Origin: Vicugna vicugna
Lineage: Eukaryota
Direction: 5' to 3'
Assembly (NCBI GenBank): GCA_013265495.1
Contig: MU058796.1
Span: 62,001-126,000, forward strand
Length of the DNA: 64,000 nucleotides
Under the pieces are notes generated by a model. It did not search any database. It was given only the letters and a program-made list of their open reading frames with translations, and was not told where the DNA came from. The position numbers were made by a program, and so were the translations under genes. Of the stretch, positions 37,390 to 52,284 are shown piece by piece. How positions within the stretch are numbered: the stretch's first letter is position 1; every line of letters begins with the position of its first letter.

Positions 37390-38700
37390 TTTTTCCAGTC
37401 TAAGTTGAATTTGCATTTCTTTGACTACTAATGAGGTGAACATTTTCCCATATGTTTGTTTACTAGCTGTATTGCCTCTTTGGTAAATTGTCTGTTCATG
37501 TCCTTTGCCGAGTACTTATGAATGTGTATGGGCTTTTTTTTTTAATTACAAAGATATTAACCCTTTATCAAATACAGAGTGGGGTATTCTTTATGAAATA
37601 AGGATTTTTTATATTTATAAAATTTTAAATGTATTGACTCTTTATGATTACTTTTTAGTCATTTGTGAATTTATATTCTATCAAAAAATCTACTTATTTC
37701 TATACTTCTCTTTTTGCTACCTTAAGAATGTTTCTTTTTTCATTTTAGTGTTTTAATTTCATCTGGAACTTATTTTGGAATAAAATGTTTGGTGAGGAGT
37801 ACATGTTATTTTCCAAATTGCTGTTTTTATCCTGTGTACACTGATTAAGGCTTCTCCTCCCCATTTTATTGATTTACACTGACTTTATTACACATTATAT
37901 TTTTACAAATAATAACAATTATTTCTGGGCTATTTATTCTTTCTGATTCCACCATCTATTTTTATACTAAACCACATATTTACTTATTATAAGTTTACAG
38001 TGTGTTTTGTGGTGGTGGTGGTGGTGGTGGTGGTGGTTTCAGATTTACTTTGATAGTCTTGCCTGTTTATTCTTTCCAAATGAACGTTATGTTAGAAGAA
38101 GAACTTTTAACTTGCCCTAGAAGCTCCTATTTTATTTGATTGACATGAACATACAAATAAAATGTGGGAATTATATTACACATTCAAATAAGTGAGTTTT
38201 AATCATTTCTGCCAAAATCGTGCTTTACCTTAAAATACATCAATAAAGTTTTTAATTTTCTTCATACATTTTATTTACATAGATTGTAGCTATATCTGTA
38301 ATTTTCTTTATATGAGATTTTACTCTAAGAGTATCTTGGGTTACTGATATCTTTTATTGATGTTTTGACTGGGATTTCTTCTTTTAATTATATTTCTAGC
38401 TTTGTATTAAACACAGTCACATACATAATCTTTTGTTTTATAAAACTTCATTGGGGATTATAACTGCCCAGTATTTACACCTCATATTTGGTTTCAAGTT
38501 ACACTCGTTAATCAGAAATCCCCAAATGAAAACAAAAATTAGTGTTGATAATGAGGATCCTTATCTTATTTCTAGATTTCATCAGTAAATACAGGCTGTT
38601 GGTTTAAAGTAGTGACTCTTTATGGGGTCCAAAAGGAGTCTTCTATTCCTTTTAGTGTTTTCATGAAGAATGTATGCAGACATTTTCAGTCTCCTTTTCA
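37390..38700 (-). mobile_element. Old L1M (ORF2 3' region) containing a (GGT)9 repeat at 38011-38037
   Basis: 'aatttgcatttctttgactactaatgaggtgaacattttcccatatgtttg...aattgtctgttcatgtcctttgcc'. Confidence 0.75.
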
Positions 38701-40454
38701 GAACACCCTGAATCATACTTCCTTTCCTGAGATTAAACCTCATGTGGTCGTGGTAAATTATTTTTCACAACATTCCAGCGTTAGACTTACAGCCCTAGAA
38801 TTTAAACAAATACTAGTTGTTGTATCAGACATCTCCCTAAAGTCCTGTTCTTGTAACCCCACTTGCCTTCCTTTACCCACCAATTTAGTAATCCTATAAA
38901 GAACAACAATTAAGCTTGTCCGACCTGATTTGTGCTGAGGAAGGTCATGCCCTTCACTGGTCATGATTTCTTTCTCCAACAGTGGTTGAGTTTTCCTCCT
39001 TTAGTATTTATTCCCGTTTCACTAATTCTTGACATAAAAGAATTTTGTAGATATTCCTCCCAAGTACTGGCCTAATTGAGCGTTCTGTGCTTTAAGGTTC
39101 TAAGTAAGTCTCAGCATAGCATGACATACATTATGTAATCTTCAATATGTGATATTTTCCCAGAGGAGTTATCCTGCTGTTCATCAACAGTTAGCAATCC
39201 CTCAGTTCTCACACCAAATCACATCAACATTCATGGCTATATTGCAGGTTTTGTTACCCTTTGCCTGATTGAAATTTTAAAGTCGCCCAGATTCAGCATA
39301 GGTGATTTTTCAATATCCCATCATTATCAAGACTTCTATTACTATTTAAGTTTAAAATAATAACAATCTAAATGTCCATCAAAGACTAACAAACAATAGG
39401 GTTAGCTGTTGTGGGCTAACCACTTGCTAGGCATATCATATGTCTGATGACCCACACACGCCTGAGATAGAAATGAACTATTTTCAATTACATGCGGTTG
39501 TCTAGATTATTTGCTTTTTAAAAGGCAACTTTATTTTAAGATTGAAAGAAATTATGAGACCTTGGGGAAAAACAGAGGTGGATAAATGTTGTAAATCAGT
39601 AAATAAAATTGATCAAAGACAAAATTGCATTTAAAGACCATCCTTCCATTCTCTGAGCTGAAATCTGCTAAAAACAGACAATAAAATATCAGGAAAAAAT
39701 TGGGTTGATATAATTATTCTTATCTTAACATCCCAGAATTTCCAAGAGCAATAGGAAATATGAAAAATTTTATTAAGTGTGTTGGGAGAGTCCATTCTGT
39801 TGGTCTGATGATTACAAAACTGAAACGTTTCTATAGGAAACCCAACTAACGTATATTTCAGAGTGTTTCTATTTATCAGTGAAAATTTCCAGGATTCTTC
39901 CTCCAAGATAACTTTCTAATTACTTTAGTTACATGTTTAGCATATACAATTGTCCATGTATTCCTCAGCCTGTCTTGAGCACATACAACAAATCAGGCAC
40001 TGTCCTCACCTTTGAGTATATACCAGTAAAGGGAAGTCCTCAAGTTTCCGGTATTTTCTTTGTTCACATATCATCTGCTCTTTTCATCCATCACTCAGAT
40101 GTCTCTGTTGAACCATATTGGAGAAGAGCTTAGATGTTTAGAAAGAGCTTATTCCTCTTGAGTTATTTTAAATTGAAAACTCAACTCTCTTAATATTTCT
40201 TTTAAATTGATTTTAGCCATAGATCAAAGTGATTGACCTGATCCTGTACCACTGAAACATCTCACTTAAAGATTCAACAGCTAAAAAAAGGCTTTGGGGT
40301 TCTGAGTGTTCCATAACAGTGGGTGACAGAAGGAGAGAGGGTGGAATGTGTGCATGTGTGCGGGTGTGTGTGCGTGTGTGTGTATAGTTATCCGAACAAC
40401 ACAAGTGATACGTTCATCATTATTTAACAACAACAAAATCCTCCAGAGAAGAGT

Positions 40455-40981
40455 ATCAAAGGTGATCAATTTCTTTGATAAGAGAAATGCAAATTAAAAC
40501 AACTGTAAGATACACTCTATAAAAACCTAGAGGCTTTTATAATACCTAATCTTGACCAAGGCTTAGGAAAGCAGACTTTTTGTGAACTCTTATTGTGGGA
40601 AAGCAGTTTGGTACATTTTTGAAGAGATATTTAACAATGTCTATCAAAGCTAAAAATAAACCAAAAATGTACAAACGCTTTCACTCAATATTTTTCTTTA
40701 TAAGATTTTTTTTCTATGAAAATTCTCACATAATATATGTGCAAAGATACATGCAACAGTATACATTGTGGCTTGTTTATCATAGAAAGCAATTAGAAAC
40801 AATCAAAATGCCCATCAGTTGTGAACTGGTTAGATAAATTAGTGTCTGCTCATACTGTGACTTAAATATTAAGCAGCCTTAAAAATGAGAAAGGTCTATG
40901 TAGACTGTATGTTGGGAAATACGTTTTTAGGATGATTGAAAATAGGCTGCTGAAGTACAGTACAATCTTACTTGTATAAAA

Positions 40982-41015
<34 letters not shown>

Positions 41016-41190
41016 ATGTGTATGACTAGAAGATTACCAGAAAGATATTTAAGAAACTCCTTAAACTGTTTTCTTGGCTAGGACGTGTGGACAGGTCTGA
41101 AGAGGTGGGAAAGGAGACTGACTTTGCTTTGCACCTCTTCCTATTTTTTGTTTGTTTGTTTTTAAATTAATCTTTAAATAATGAATCATT
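40455..41190 (+). mobile_element. L1ME/L1MC 3' end with a (TG)n tract at 40984-41013
   Basis: 'gaaatgcaaattaaaacaac...agatac' and 'gaaacaatcaaaatgcccatca...ggttagataaatt'. Confidence 0.75.
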
Positions 41191-41342
41191 TATTCCTCTC
41201 TTTGAGCTGTATGAAATAACAAGTTTATAACAGATGTGAAATCAAAAGGAGCTGTTTCCACCACTGCCACTGTAATTCCACACATGATGTGTTTTTTAAG
41301 AAGTTTTACTGACAGTGTGACCTGAAATAGTTGAATACCTTC

Positions 41343-41738
41343 CATATTAACCTGTTTGGGTTTTCATAACAAATATCACAGACTGAGGGTCTTAAACAGC
41401 AGACCTTTATTTTCTCACAATTTTGGATGGAAGCCAGAAATCCATCATCAGGGCACCAGTGGGGCTGGTTTCTGGTGAGACTTCTCTTCCTGGCTTGCAA
41501 GTGGCTGCTTTCTCACTGTGTCCTCACATGGCCTTTCCTCTGTGTGGTAGGAAGAGAGACATCTCTGATGCCTCCACCTCTTCTTACAAGGATCCCAGTC
41601 ATGATGGAGTAAGACCCCACCCTTGTGAATTCATTTAACATTAATTACTTCTTTAAAGGCACTGTCTCAATATACAGTTACATTGAAGGTTAGGGTTTCA
41701 ACATACGAATTTGAGGGGAGCATAATTCAGTCCATACA
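41343..41738 (-). mobile_element. MLT1 (A/B-type) solo LTR
   Basis: 'ataacaaatatcacagactg...tttattttctcaca...tcaacatacgaatttgagggg...aattcagtccata'. Probable TSD ccttc/cctgc. Confidence 0.85.
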
Positions 41739-44429
41739 CCTGCTGAACATTTAGAACATTGTGAGTGACTATGTATGAAAATGCTTAAAAATGTGGCTTA
41801 GAAAGGCTATTTGGTAATATAACTGGTAATAGATTAGGGTAAAAGAAACAACCAAGTTATCAGTTGAACCACTCAGCTTAAACACAGGAGGTTTAAAAAA
41901 TATTTTTCAGATATATATTATCTTCTCTGTTGATTGCTAACACTTACATAAAACATGACTTTATCTTCCTCATATTTACTGTATCCCATCATAACCCAAC
42001 TGCTACCACCATCTCCACAGATCGTCCAACAAGATAGTAAGTTGTGGTCAGTTCTCATATGTTGCCTGTAGTCACTTAGTCTTTGATAAGTATCTAAAAA
42101 GGGGGCCATGGTATTCCATTCCTTTGTTATTCTGCTGCACTTGAAGAGAATACTTAAATTTTATCAATACTATTTCCACATATTCTTTTATTATAAGGCA
42201 ATATAAAAGTGATGATCTGTAAATTTATTTAAATCCACTATTTTTCCTTAGTAAGATACAGCTTTAGGGGCTTGGGTAAGTACTGGAAAATCATAAAGCC
42301 ACATGAATATAAGCCTAGCATGAAAATACAGTTTTTAAACTGACTTTATTTGTCTCAGTTGAAAAATACTCCAAAGGCAACATGAGATGAAAGTTAGAAT
42401 GATGTCAGATTACTACATTTGTGAAAACTTAATCTATTTATAATAACTGATTGATGTCAAGTAAATTAAATATAAGGGGAAAGGAAAATAAAGTATCATA
42501 TCAATGAGAAAGAATAAACACAAGGGTGATTCAGATAAAACATATAGAAATATTTCTGATACTTAAGGCTATCTATCGAAGACTGTTTTGGAAAGGGTAG
42601 CAAGGAAAAACCCTTAGATATTATTCAGTGAAACTAGAATGCCTGCCCTCGTATTAGAGAAAGTTTGATAATTATTTAGGATAATTGAAAAATGAGTTAA
42701 CAATGTGCTAATAATGAAATAGTCTCTATACTTAATCTGTAATGAAAATAAAAACTAAAGAGGATTTACAACATTTATATCAAGATGTCTTCCTGGAAGA
42801 AAAATAAGAAGAAAATTCTACTTTTCTAATCTAGAGCTGCTGCTAAGTAAATACATGTATTTACTCAGAAGCAAAAGGGAATGGTCCCCCAAATAATTGC
42901 TAAAGAAGATGAAAGGTCTTCAGAAACCAGGAAAATAAGTGTTAACTTGAAGGCTGAGACCACATAGCTCAGTATGTTTCTATAATTGTCTAATGTCCTT
43001 TAGGAACTTGTGGCTAATTACCAAAAAAAAAAAAAAAAAGGCTCCAGAGCAATCTTAATTTGTTTTCTGTTTAAATAGCACAATCTATTAGGTTTCAATG
43101 TCTCCGACTTGAAAGAATTGTATTTCTTTTTCCTGAAAAAAAATCCTATTCTTTACCATAAAATATGACAAGTACAAGGTCAAATTCAAAGGTAATCTAA
43201 TGACATGTCTGACTATTCTTCTATCTAAATGAAATAAAACAGACACAGGCTCTTTTACAAGGGACCTAATAGAATAAACCTAGTAAGCAGGAAGCCATTT
43301 CATTTCACTTAGTTGATTTGGCCTTGGTTTCAAAGGTGACCAGCAGTCCTTGGTGGGTGGTGAGGTGGTAATTGAACTGGTTTTATTTGCTAGCCTCCAT
43401 AATGTCTTCTCTCACAGAGGAGAAGTTGGGTTTTTTTGTTTTTATTTTTTGTATTATTCACCGATATGTCCTCAAGTTATTTCTTTTCCCTCTCTTATTT
43501 GGTAACCAAATGATAACAAATCCCCAACCAAGACCAAATGAATGTACTGTTACCAGCCATGATTTTCTCTAGATATCCTAGAAGCAAGCGTTGTCTTTGT
43601 GCAGGTACCCTTTGTTTTCAGTGGCCATGCCTTACAAAAGAATTTGTACTGAACTGATAAAAACACATTAAAATAAATGATGTGCTATGCATATACTAAG
43701 TTTAAAAGATCCTTGACCAATTTGGTGCAAACAGTTGGTGCTAAACAAATGTTCTTTGAAGCAATGGTCATTACAGAAATGTGGCTGTTGCTACCACTCA
43801 CATGAATAGAAGTGCACTTTCAAAGAACTGCACCCTGTTAAATCTTCTCTCATCTCTACTGTCCTTGATACCGTCTTTTCTTCTCTGTTGTACATCAGTA
43901 TTCGATCTGTATTGTGTGAGGACCAGTGAGACCAATGTTCTGCCACTACCTTGATGAGTGGTTAGGAAATATGTCACAAGGTTAGACAGTCATGGCTTTT
44001 TTTGATTTGATTTTAATAGTTCTAACTTTAATGGAAGTTGATCCTTATTTTCAGAATTAACTTCAGCTCGTTTTGCTTGTAATTTAAGATTCCATAAGAA
44101 GTTACCCATTCTTCAGCAGCTGATAGTGTTGGCAGAGTCAGTCATGGAACGGTGTATGTTAAAGAACTTTGAGCTGGTGAAACAACATACCAATATTAAT
44201 TGTTGTCATTTATTGATGTTTTGGGGCTGTGCCAAACACTGTAGAATATTTTGGTCACCAGTATTTTTTCTAAAATAATTCAGAATCACAGGCAAGCAGA
44301 TTATACCAGTAAAGTGTGTCTGTTGTAGAGACAAACTTAGAAAATAGGAAAATAAATTAAGAAATCGTTCATTTATAAATTCTAGATCATGCAAATGATT
44401 TCTTTTTTTGTATTATAACAAGGAAAGTT

Positions 44430-44620
44430 TACATTAATCATGTGTTTTCAATGTAAGGCACTATTTAACATGTTTTAAGTACTTATTTAATCCTTTCTGC
44501 AATCATGTGAAGTAAATACTCTTACTAACCTGTTTTACAGAAGAGGAACTTAAAGCTTGGAGAAATTAAGTAAACTGGCCAAAGCAGCCTAACCTCAAAG
44601 CCCTGAGTGTTAATGACAAA
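44430..44620 (-). mobile_element. MIR SINE
   Basis: 'atttaatcct', 'ttttacagaagaggaacttaaagct' and 'aattaagtaaactggccaaag'. Confidence 0.65.
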
Positions 44621-44669
44621 TTAGTTCATTTATCCAAAGTGACTTATTAACCAACTGCTGTATTCCAGG

Positions 44670-45890
44670 CAGTGTGTGTTTTGTAGTCTGCAGTTTCACA
44701 ATTATATAGGTGGTATTCCTTTCTTTCTATTTACCGTGCCTGGGAATGGGGATATCTCAAGCCTTTGGATTAGAATCTTTCTTCGATTACAAAAACTTCT
44801 CAGCTCTTTTTTCTCCAAATAATATCTGTCTCATCCTCTCTCAACTCTCATCTGGGAATCTGACATATACTAGAACCCTTCATTCCATGCTATATACCTT
44901 TATCTTTTCCTCTATATTTTCCATCATTTTATTTCTCTATGTTTTGTTGTTAGTAATTTTTCTGATCTACTTCATCGATGTTTTATATCCTGTTAAATAT
45001 GTCCATTGGATTTTAATCTTGGTTTTTGAAGTTTTCTTTTGTGAAAAATGTTTAAGGTGACAGTTGTTTCAAATCTTCTGTTACTTTTTATAGCTCTTGT
45101 TCCCTGCAGTTGTTTTCAAACTTGCCTTTTAACTCCTTAATTGAAGCAATAGTAGTTTTAGTCTCTCTGACAGATAATTCCAATATCTGAAGTCTGTAGA
45201 CTTGTCCCTTCTGATGAGTGTTTCTCATGGTATTCACTCCTAGTGCTTTGTTTCCTCAAGTATTTAGTCATGAGGATTCCTTGAGATCTGACATGGAGGT
45301 GACTTCCTCCAGACAAATACATGCTGATATCCGCCAGACACCTAGAGGCACTAATTTTCTGGAACCATCTCAGATCAAGTTCACAGAGATCCCAGAACCT
45401 CCAGAGCAGTGTGGAGTGTAAGCTGCAAATCCCTAAAAGACATTGGCAACAACTTTTCTAGAACAGACTATTTTCATGTTCCTTTTCTCACCTACTGTGT
45501 GATGTTTAAATCAACCCTCACTGCAGTCACCTAGGAGCAGAGGACAGAAGGGTAAAGACACGGTTACTGTGGGTTCCCTTGTCCTTTGAGGACTGGCGCC
45601 TTTGTGGGCTCCAGCTTGATATAAGTAGGATGTCCTTTGATGCTCCCTTACTTGGAGGCCCACAAAGAGTCTGCGCAAACTATGATTCTAATTTGACGGA
45701 ACCCAAAATACCCTTGAGGCAAAGGCAACTTCAGTGCTCCGTGCTCTCCTTGCTTCTCTAGAACCCCACGTCTTCTCCAATTTTATCCTGTAGCTCTTAC
45801 TATCTTGTCACCTCTTACATGCTTTTAATAAAACCTCCTTAATATGAATTTTTTATTGTCAGCAAGATTTCTCTGAATAATGTAACCTTT
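44670..45890 (-). mobile_element. Old L1M 5'/ORF1 region or HAL1
   Basis: T-rich reverse ORF1-like sequence ('ctgcagtttcaca', 'aaaacttctcagc', 'ataattccaatatctgaagtct'). Confidence 0.6.
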
Positions 45891-46635
45891 GTTGAACAAT
45901 TCAATATTCAGTAGTGTAGCCATCATTGAAAAGAGAGGCCCTATAAATAATGGGAACAAGCTCTTTTTCCTAATAGAGATTGCATTCTGTCAGAGAATTG
46001 TACCAAAAAGAAGTAAGTAAAAAGACAAAGTGATTCTGAGTTATGATGAGAACTATGAAAAGACTGACAATGAGCTGAAACAGATATTAATGTAGGGATG
46101 CAGACAATGGGGAATATTGTATAAATGGCTTACTATTTTTCTTAAATTTAAAGGATTTAAATTTATTGTAGAAAAATCAACAATAACCTAGAAAGGAATT
46201 TAAGGTTATATTAAAGTCAAATTAAATGCCATGTAACAGATGCCTTAGGCATAGTAGGACGAGGGTACAATAGGAAGAGAGTTGAATTGGGAACTGGGTT
46301 TCAGGGATTGATCCCAAGTGTCATTTGCCTGCTGAATGGTCTTGGGGAAGTCATCTAACCTGTTCAGTGTAATTCAGTCACTAATTAACTGCACAGTTTT
46401 TGGTCATCTATAAATGCAAAGCAGTCTGCTTGGCACTGGATGGGAGTAGTCAGAAAACATGAGGGTGAAGGGGAGCAAAGCATGGTTCCTGCACTTTCTG
46501 CAATGTGGAGCTAATATACGGCTAAAAAGAAACTGCACGTGTAAAATTTCATGCTTGCTAAACTGAATTCTAATCCCAGTTCTGTAGCTTGTTTGACCTT
46601 GAGTCAACCAAACGATCCGATAGCGCAGACTGAGG

Positions 46636-47634
46636 CAGTGGTCTTCACACTGGGCTCCCCGGAACATTAGGTGTTCTGTGGCTTTTCCCTTTCACCCTCA
46701 CTCCCACTTTAGACTGCAGCAGAACGAGAGAGGAGGGGACTTCCAAGGCTTCATTCCGAAATCAACCAGAGTTCTGTTTTTATCCATTCTAATAGTGGGA
46801 TTCCTGTAATATTTCCTGATCATAAAGAACAGTGCAGCTAGCAAACATCTGAAAACCTGCTGGTTTGTTTGTTTATTCGTTGAAAAAGGTAAAAGAGTTA
46901 TGAAAACTGTGTAAGACTGGTTTTCATTCTGGTGATGAAAGAATGATAGGGGAGCTGCAGAATTATTACAAAGGATTTCAAATGGAGGCACGTACCAAAC
47001 ATTAGCGATTGGCAGAGCATATAGGTCCTAAGCAAAGGAGGAAAATTATGTCACACACACCACACACTTATTTTTAAAATACAAAAAATTATTCATGCTC
47101 ATTAGGGAAAATTCGAACAGAACAATAGGTATTAATGTGAAAAATAAATGCTCCCTTCCTTATCACACTCATTTCAACATGTTGTACATCTTTCCAGACT
47201 TTTTTCATATTCTTCCCTACAGGTTTGTGTTTTTCATACACAAAGGAGGTTATACTGTACGTTCTGTGCTGCAATTTGATGTTCTCTCTTAATGTATCTT
47301 GGACATTTTTCTGTATCAGTACATATTGATCTACCTTCTTTTTTTAGTACAATGAAGTATTTCATTATGTGAATGTAGCATAATTTATTTAACCAATTCA
47401 CTATTGGTGGACATTTATTATGTTTTCATAACCTGCCTTCAGTTGTTTTGCTATTACGAAGATGCTACCACGAACAGCCTTTGTGCTACCAGTTTTGGAT
47501 AGATGTGGGAGCTGCTTTGGCAGCTGCTGCGTCCTGTATTTTTCTCAATCAAGAGATAATTTAAGTACAAATACTCATGAAAATTTTTGACACTTAAAGG
47601 AGATCCTCATGCTAAAATAGTTTGGTAACTACTG
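46636..47634. mobile_element. hAT-Charlie-like DNA transposon split by an L1ME fragment
   Basis: Ends cagtggtcttcacact / agtttggtaactactg resemble Charlie TIRs. Subfamily uncertain. Confidence 0.5.
47065..47500 (-). mobile_element. L1ME 3' end
   Basis: 'attcatgctcatt...aaaattcgaaca' and 'cataatttatttaaccaattcactattggtggacattta'. Confidence 0.75.
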
Positions 47635-47749
47635 AGTTAGGAATCTATTTTAAGCTTTAGTGTAGCATATGCTGTTTTGAAGTATAACAAGCAATCAAGT
47701 TTGTTAACAAATGAGATAAATGAATGCCCTTATCTGGGACTCACTGAAA

Positions 47750-47920
47750 TTGATTCATTGATGCAGCAAACTGTTGTTTGAGTACTGAATCTGTGCTCAG
47801 AATTGGTGATACATGAATAAGATCTGGCCCTGTACTTGTAGCCCTTGTGGGAGAGGCAGTCATGTTAACATAAATCACAGTACAATGTAGCGGGTGCTAT
47901 CATAGAAGAGCTGCCCTGTG
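47750..47920 (-). mobile_element. L2 3' fragment
   Basis: 'gattcattgatgcagcaaac...tgagtac...atgaataagatctggccctg'. Confidence 0.55.
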
Positions 47921-48454
47921 ATTTTGCTGTTTTAATGTAAACACTGAAGATGATGAACTAGAGCCTCTGCTCTCTACCAATGTATGCAGTCATTCTCCAG
48001 GCATTTTCAGTAACTGTTCAGTGTTTTCTGCAGAAGAAAAAAAAACAAAAAACAGAATTTGGTAAACAAGCTACAGTTTTCATGTACTTCACAATCGTTT
48101 CCTATCTGTGGCTCACATATCTTTTCCTCTAAAATAAAGGAAGGATTTATCTTTCTACTCTTACTTCTCTAGCAACTCCTCTGCTCCTTTATTTATCTTT
48201 ATGTGCCCTTTGAACGCAGCTGTGTTTATCCTTGTAGAAGTCTGTCCCTGGAAAATTCAGACTAACGCTTGACAATTTCACCACATACTTCACTCTCTAT
48301 CCACATTAAATGCTATTTAGTGACTTTTCTCTGACCAGAGATGCCTGTTGGGTTCCTTTTTTTTGGAAAGGAGAAATAGAGACTACCTAGACGAGTATTT
48401 TACTGTTGTCAATGAAGTTTGGGGATGTATCTAAAATAATCATAATAATATAAA

Positions 48455-48700
48455 CAATAATAGCTACCATTTATTAAATCCTGACCATTGTGATAAGTGC
48501 TTTACTTACGTACTTATCACTTTACATAGATTATCTTATTTAATTTCCATAGCACTCATTATCTCCAGTTTACTCAGGAGAAGCATGAGGCAGGGGAGAA
48601 GGTAACCCACAGAGTCATATAACCTGCAAAATACAGAGCCAAGATTTAAATCCAGGTCTAACTGATTCTGTTGCACACATTTTCAATCATTATGCAACAC
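48455..48700 (-). mobile_element. MIR SINE
   Basis: 'aataatagctaccatttatt' and 'cagagccaagatttaaatccaggtctaactga'. Confidence 0.75.
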
Positions 48701-51700
48701 CCCTACAATTAAAGGTTGTTTTCAAATCCGGATAGTATTGATATTTCTAAACCATGTGTAAAAGCACCAAATACATACTTCTTGCCCTTCACCCCAACCC
48801 TCCCCCAGACCACCCTCCCCCCCAAAAATTTCTGGACTTAAGAAGAACCTTCCTGCCTGGATGCAATGAATATAAATAAAGTTTATTTTAGCAGAGAGGT
48901 TTTGAATATATTTGAGATATTTAAGTTTTATACCTACTTCCCATATAGCTTTGCAGCCTTAGGGTCTTTGTGGATACTAATGTCTCATCTATTTTTACCA
49001 GTTTCTGCTAAATTATGCTGGAGGAGCAAGCTAATGCCAACAAAGAAGCTGGCTTGACAGATAAAGCCCTAAGGAAGCAAAAAAAGTTCTCTGTGTTAGA
49101 GGAGCATTAGTCTAGTCCCACATCCCCAGACACTGTACTTGGATTAACCAATCTCTCTTAGATAAGCAGGGTATAAATTAGCAATGGAAGACTTGGCCCA
49201 GCCTCTCTGCTGGAAGCAGATCACTAAGAGACCATGCCCAATAGTATTAGGGGGATATGTGTTAGACTACAGTCTTGAAATCCAGGGGGAAAGAGTGACA
49301 ACTGGTGCAGTTTCGTTTTGTTAGTTCAGCCTCCCTTGCTTATATAATGTGGTGGGGGGCAAAACCATTTATGTTTCATAAGTTAGTCAACTAGTAGAGA
49401 TCACGCCTGAGTCTATACTAGACTTTCTAACCATGAGTTAGAAAACCTTTTCAAAAATCTTGTGCTAATAAAAAAATCTATCTCATTTAATTGATTCACA
49501 ATGTTATTCTGAAAATGGACAAGTGTAACTTTTTGTGCCCCATCCAGCTGAATCACACTTCTTTGATAAAATTGCTTTCCTCTTTGATTGCTTGTACACA
49601 TTTTTTTGATTGTCTGATAACATCTGCACATGGGAGTGTAAATTTCAACGTTGCTGATGTTTCCAAATAGTTATAAGTTCCAGCTGTTGGTCCTTTTCTT
49701 GCCGGTGGGATCTAACAGTACAAAGGAAAAGAGGAAGAAAAATGTACGTAACTAGTTCCCTAGTCTCTTATTACAGAGGGGATAAATTGGTCAAACTTTT
49801 ATTAGCAATTATATGTTTAAGAAATAAGAAATTCTCAGCAAGCAATATTTAAATAGTTTTAGTTGTCTTTATCATTTTGGGGTGGGGAGGAGATCAGTGA
49901 TTACAACCTGGATTCACAGAAAGTTCAGATAAACACAAAACTCCATGTCCCAGAAAAACCATTGTACGCACGTAGAATTTTATGAAAGGCATTCTCTTGA
50001 AGTTTATGAACTTTCATAAAATAAGCACCAATTATTTCATAGGGGAGCCCCCTTAATACCTAACCAATTCCTGTTCTTATTGCTCTCTTAGTGAAATCTA
50101 TGCCAGCTTAACTTTTGCTAAGAAAAGAGGATTCTACAAGTTACTTCTCTCTCTTTTTTAAATTTAGTTTAGAGTTACTGTCTGTTTTAGTTGAGCAGGA
50201 AGGAAGAGACACCAATGGGTGGCCTATATGATTCAAGAGGTAGAAGGATGCTGTACCTCCATCATGTAAAATCCTTATACAGTCACCCAGCCAAAGCTTA
50301 ATACTGAGGAGGGTTGTACCAAATGGATGCATGAGGATAATAAATAGGGACTCTACACCATGTAATAAATACACATCAATCAACCAATTAATAACTGAAC
50401 ACTTATTATGTTATACCAATGTCCTGCTCATTTGGAGAATCTTTATAAGTGCTTGATTTCTGAGAAATTGTTTTAACCAACTTAAGGAAACATTTTAGTT
50501 ATCCATGAAGTAATTAAACAGCATAATTTTCAGCTACCTGCTCAAACTTACTGTGCACTAGTGGATTGTCTATTTAGGGGAATAATACACACATAATTTT
50601 GTCCAATTTTCAACTTTTTATTTTAAAATAAAATAAACCCAAATATATATTGTGCTTAAATCCCTACAGACAGTTTCCCCTTGAAAATAATCACTCATTC
50701 AACCATAGAGAAGAAATAATGTGACAACCAGGCTTTCTCTCAGGATTTTTTTTTTACTTTGCCATCCCAAGAAGAGTAAACTAAACAGATATGAACTGGC
50801 AACACAAGACATAATAGATGACACAGTTTCTTTCGGAACTGGTAATCAAATGTCTGTCTTTCTTCTTTCTCAAATACCGGTGAAATTTAGCCTCTTTTCT
50901 TAACTAAATGAGAAGATGACTCTCTCCCTACACCGTATGGTTATGATAGGATCCTTGCTGTTTTTCCTAGCCTGGTGCTTTTCCCATTGAATGTGTCATC
51001 CACAAACAGACTACATAGTGTCTTTGGGAAATTGAGGTCAGAAGGGAATATGCCACTGTGCCTGCCAGGCTCCCTAGTATGTTATGTCACCTGCTGGGTA
51101 CAGAAACTTTTCTCCAGAGTTCAACAAAGAAAGTTCCTCTTTGATTAATCACACACAGGTTCCTGCACTGAGGGGTCGCTGGGTGACGATTCCTTGATAC
51201 ACAGCAAGAGAATCTACCATATAAAGGTGCTATTACTGCTGCCGCCAACCCTCTGGTATATACACTGCTCTAACCTACAGGTTCTAACCACTGCCAACTT
51301 GTTTTAATAAGACTGTAGAAAGGGACTCAACTCAGCTGCAAAAACTGTTGTAAAAAATAAAAAATTTCCTCTTAAACTCCTTATCTTCCTTTGACACAAA
51401 AGAAAACTCACGCTTTTTTCTTTAAAGTCAATCTTGTTTTCTCCATTTCCTTCAGGTTTCTTAGTATTATCTTTTCATACACGCTATTTGGAACAACCAT
51501 GAAATGGTGTTGTCCACGGAGCATTCCTACTCGCACAGCTTCCACCGTGCCACCAGTATGCAACTGGTCTTTATTTGAACTACTCAGCACCATTCCCCAC
51601 AAAGAGCCTTGTCAGAGGCCAATGACTTTTGTTTATCCATTCGAAAAACATTTACTGCCTAATTACCCCACTCTATGCTGCAGCCCTTTCTAGGTGCCAC

Positions 51701-52284
51701 AAATAAAAGAATGCACAAACCGGAAATAATTATTACATTTATAAAGTTTTCACTGGAGTGAAGACCCTCATTTTTCAAATAATCACTTTTTAAAATGTGC
51801 AATAAAATTGTGACATATAAGATAGAAAGGTTCACTCAGCTGTGGGAAGATCTAACCAACAGGACTGATCTACTCAGAGGAATCTGGGAAGATGTTCTCG
51901 ACAGCAAGCAATTAACTCCAGAATAGTAACAATAGAAAATAAAAAGAATCTACTGGAATTTGTATGACATTTTTCTTTAATGATAATACCTGGAGTTCCC
52001 ACATCTAAAGTAGTGTCATTATCAAAGAATTTAATAAGCTGTGCTCTTTGAAAGGAAAAATGTGCCAAAAATAACAGTTGCCAGGAAAAAAGTATATCTA
52101 CATACCTGTTTGTAGTTTATGTGCTTTTATATTTTAATTTACGGTAATTTATCTCACTCTTTCCCAAAATGACAGAGATTGTAGATAAATTCCATGTCTT
52201 TGGTTTTTATCAGAAGAACTGATTAGAGTATCTTTTTGGTAGTTAAAAGTTGATGTATAGACCTCATATCCTGTTAGCTCACCA

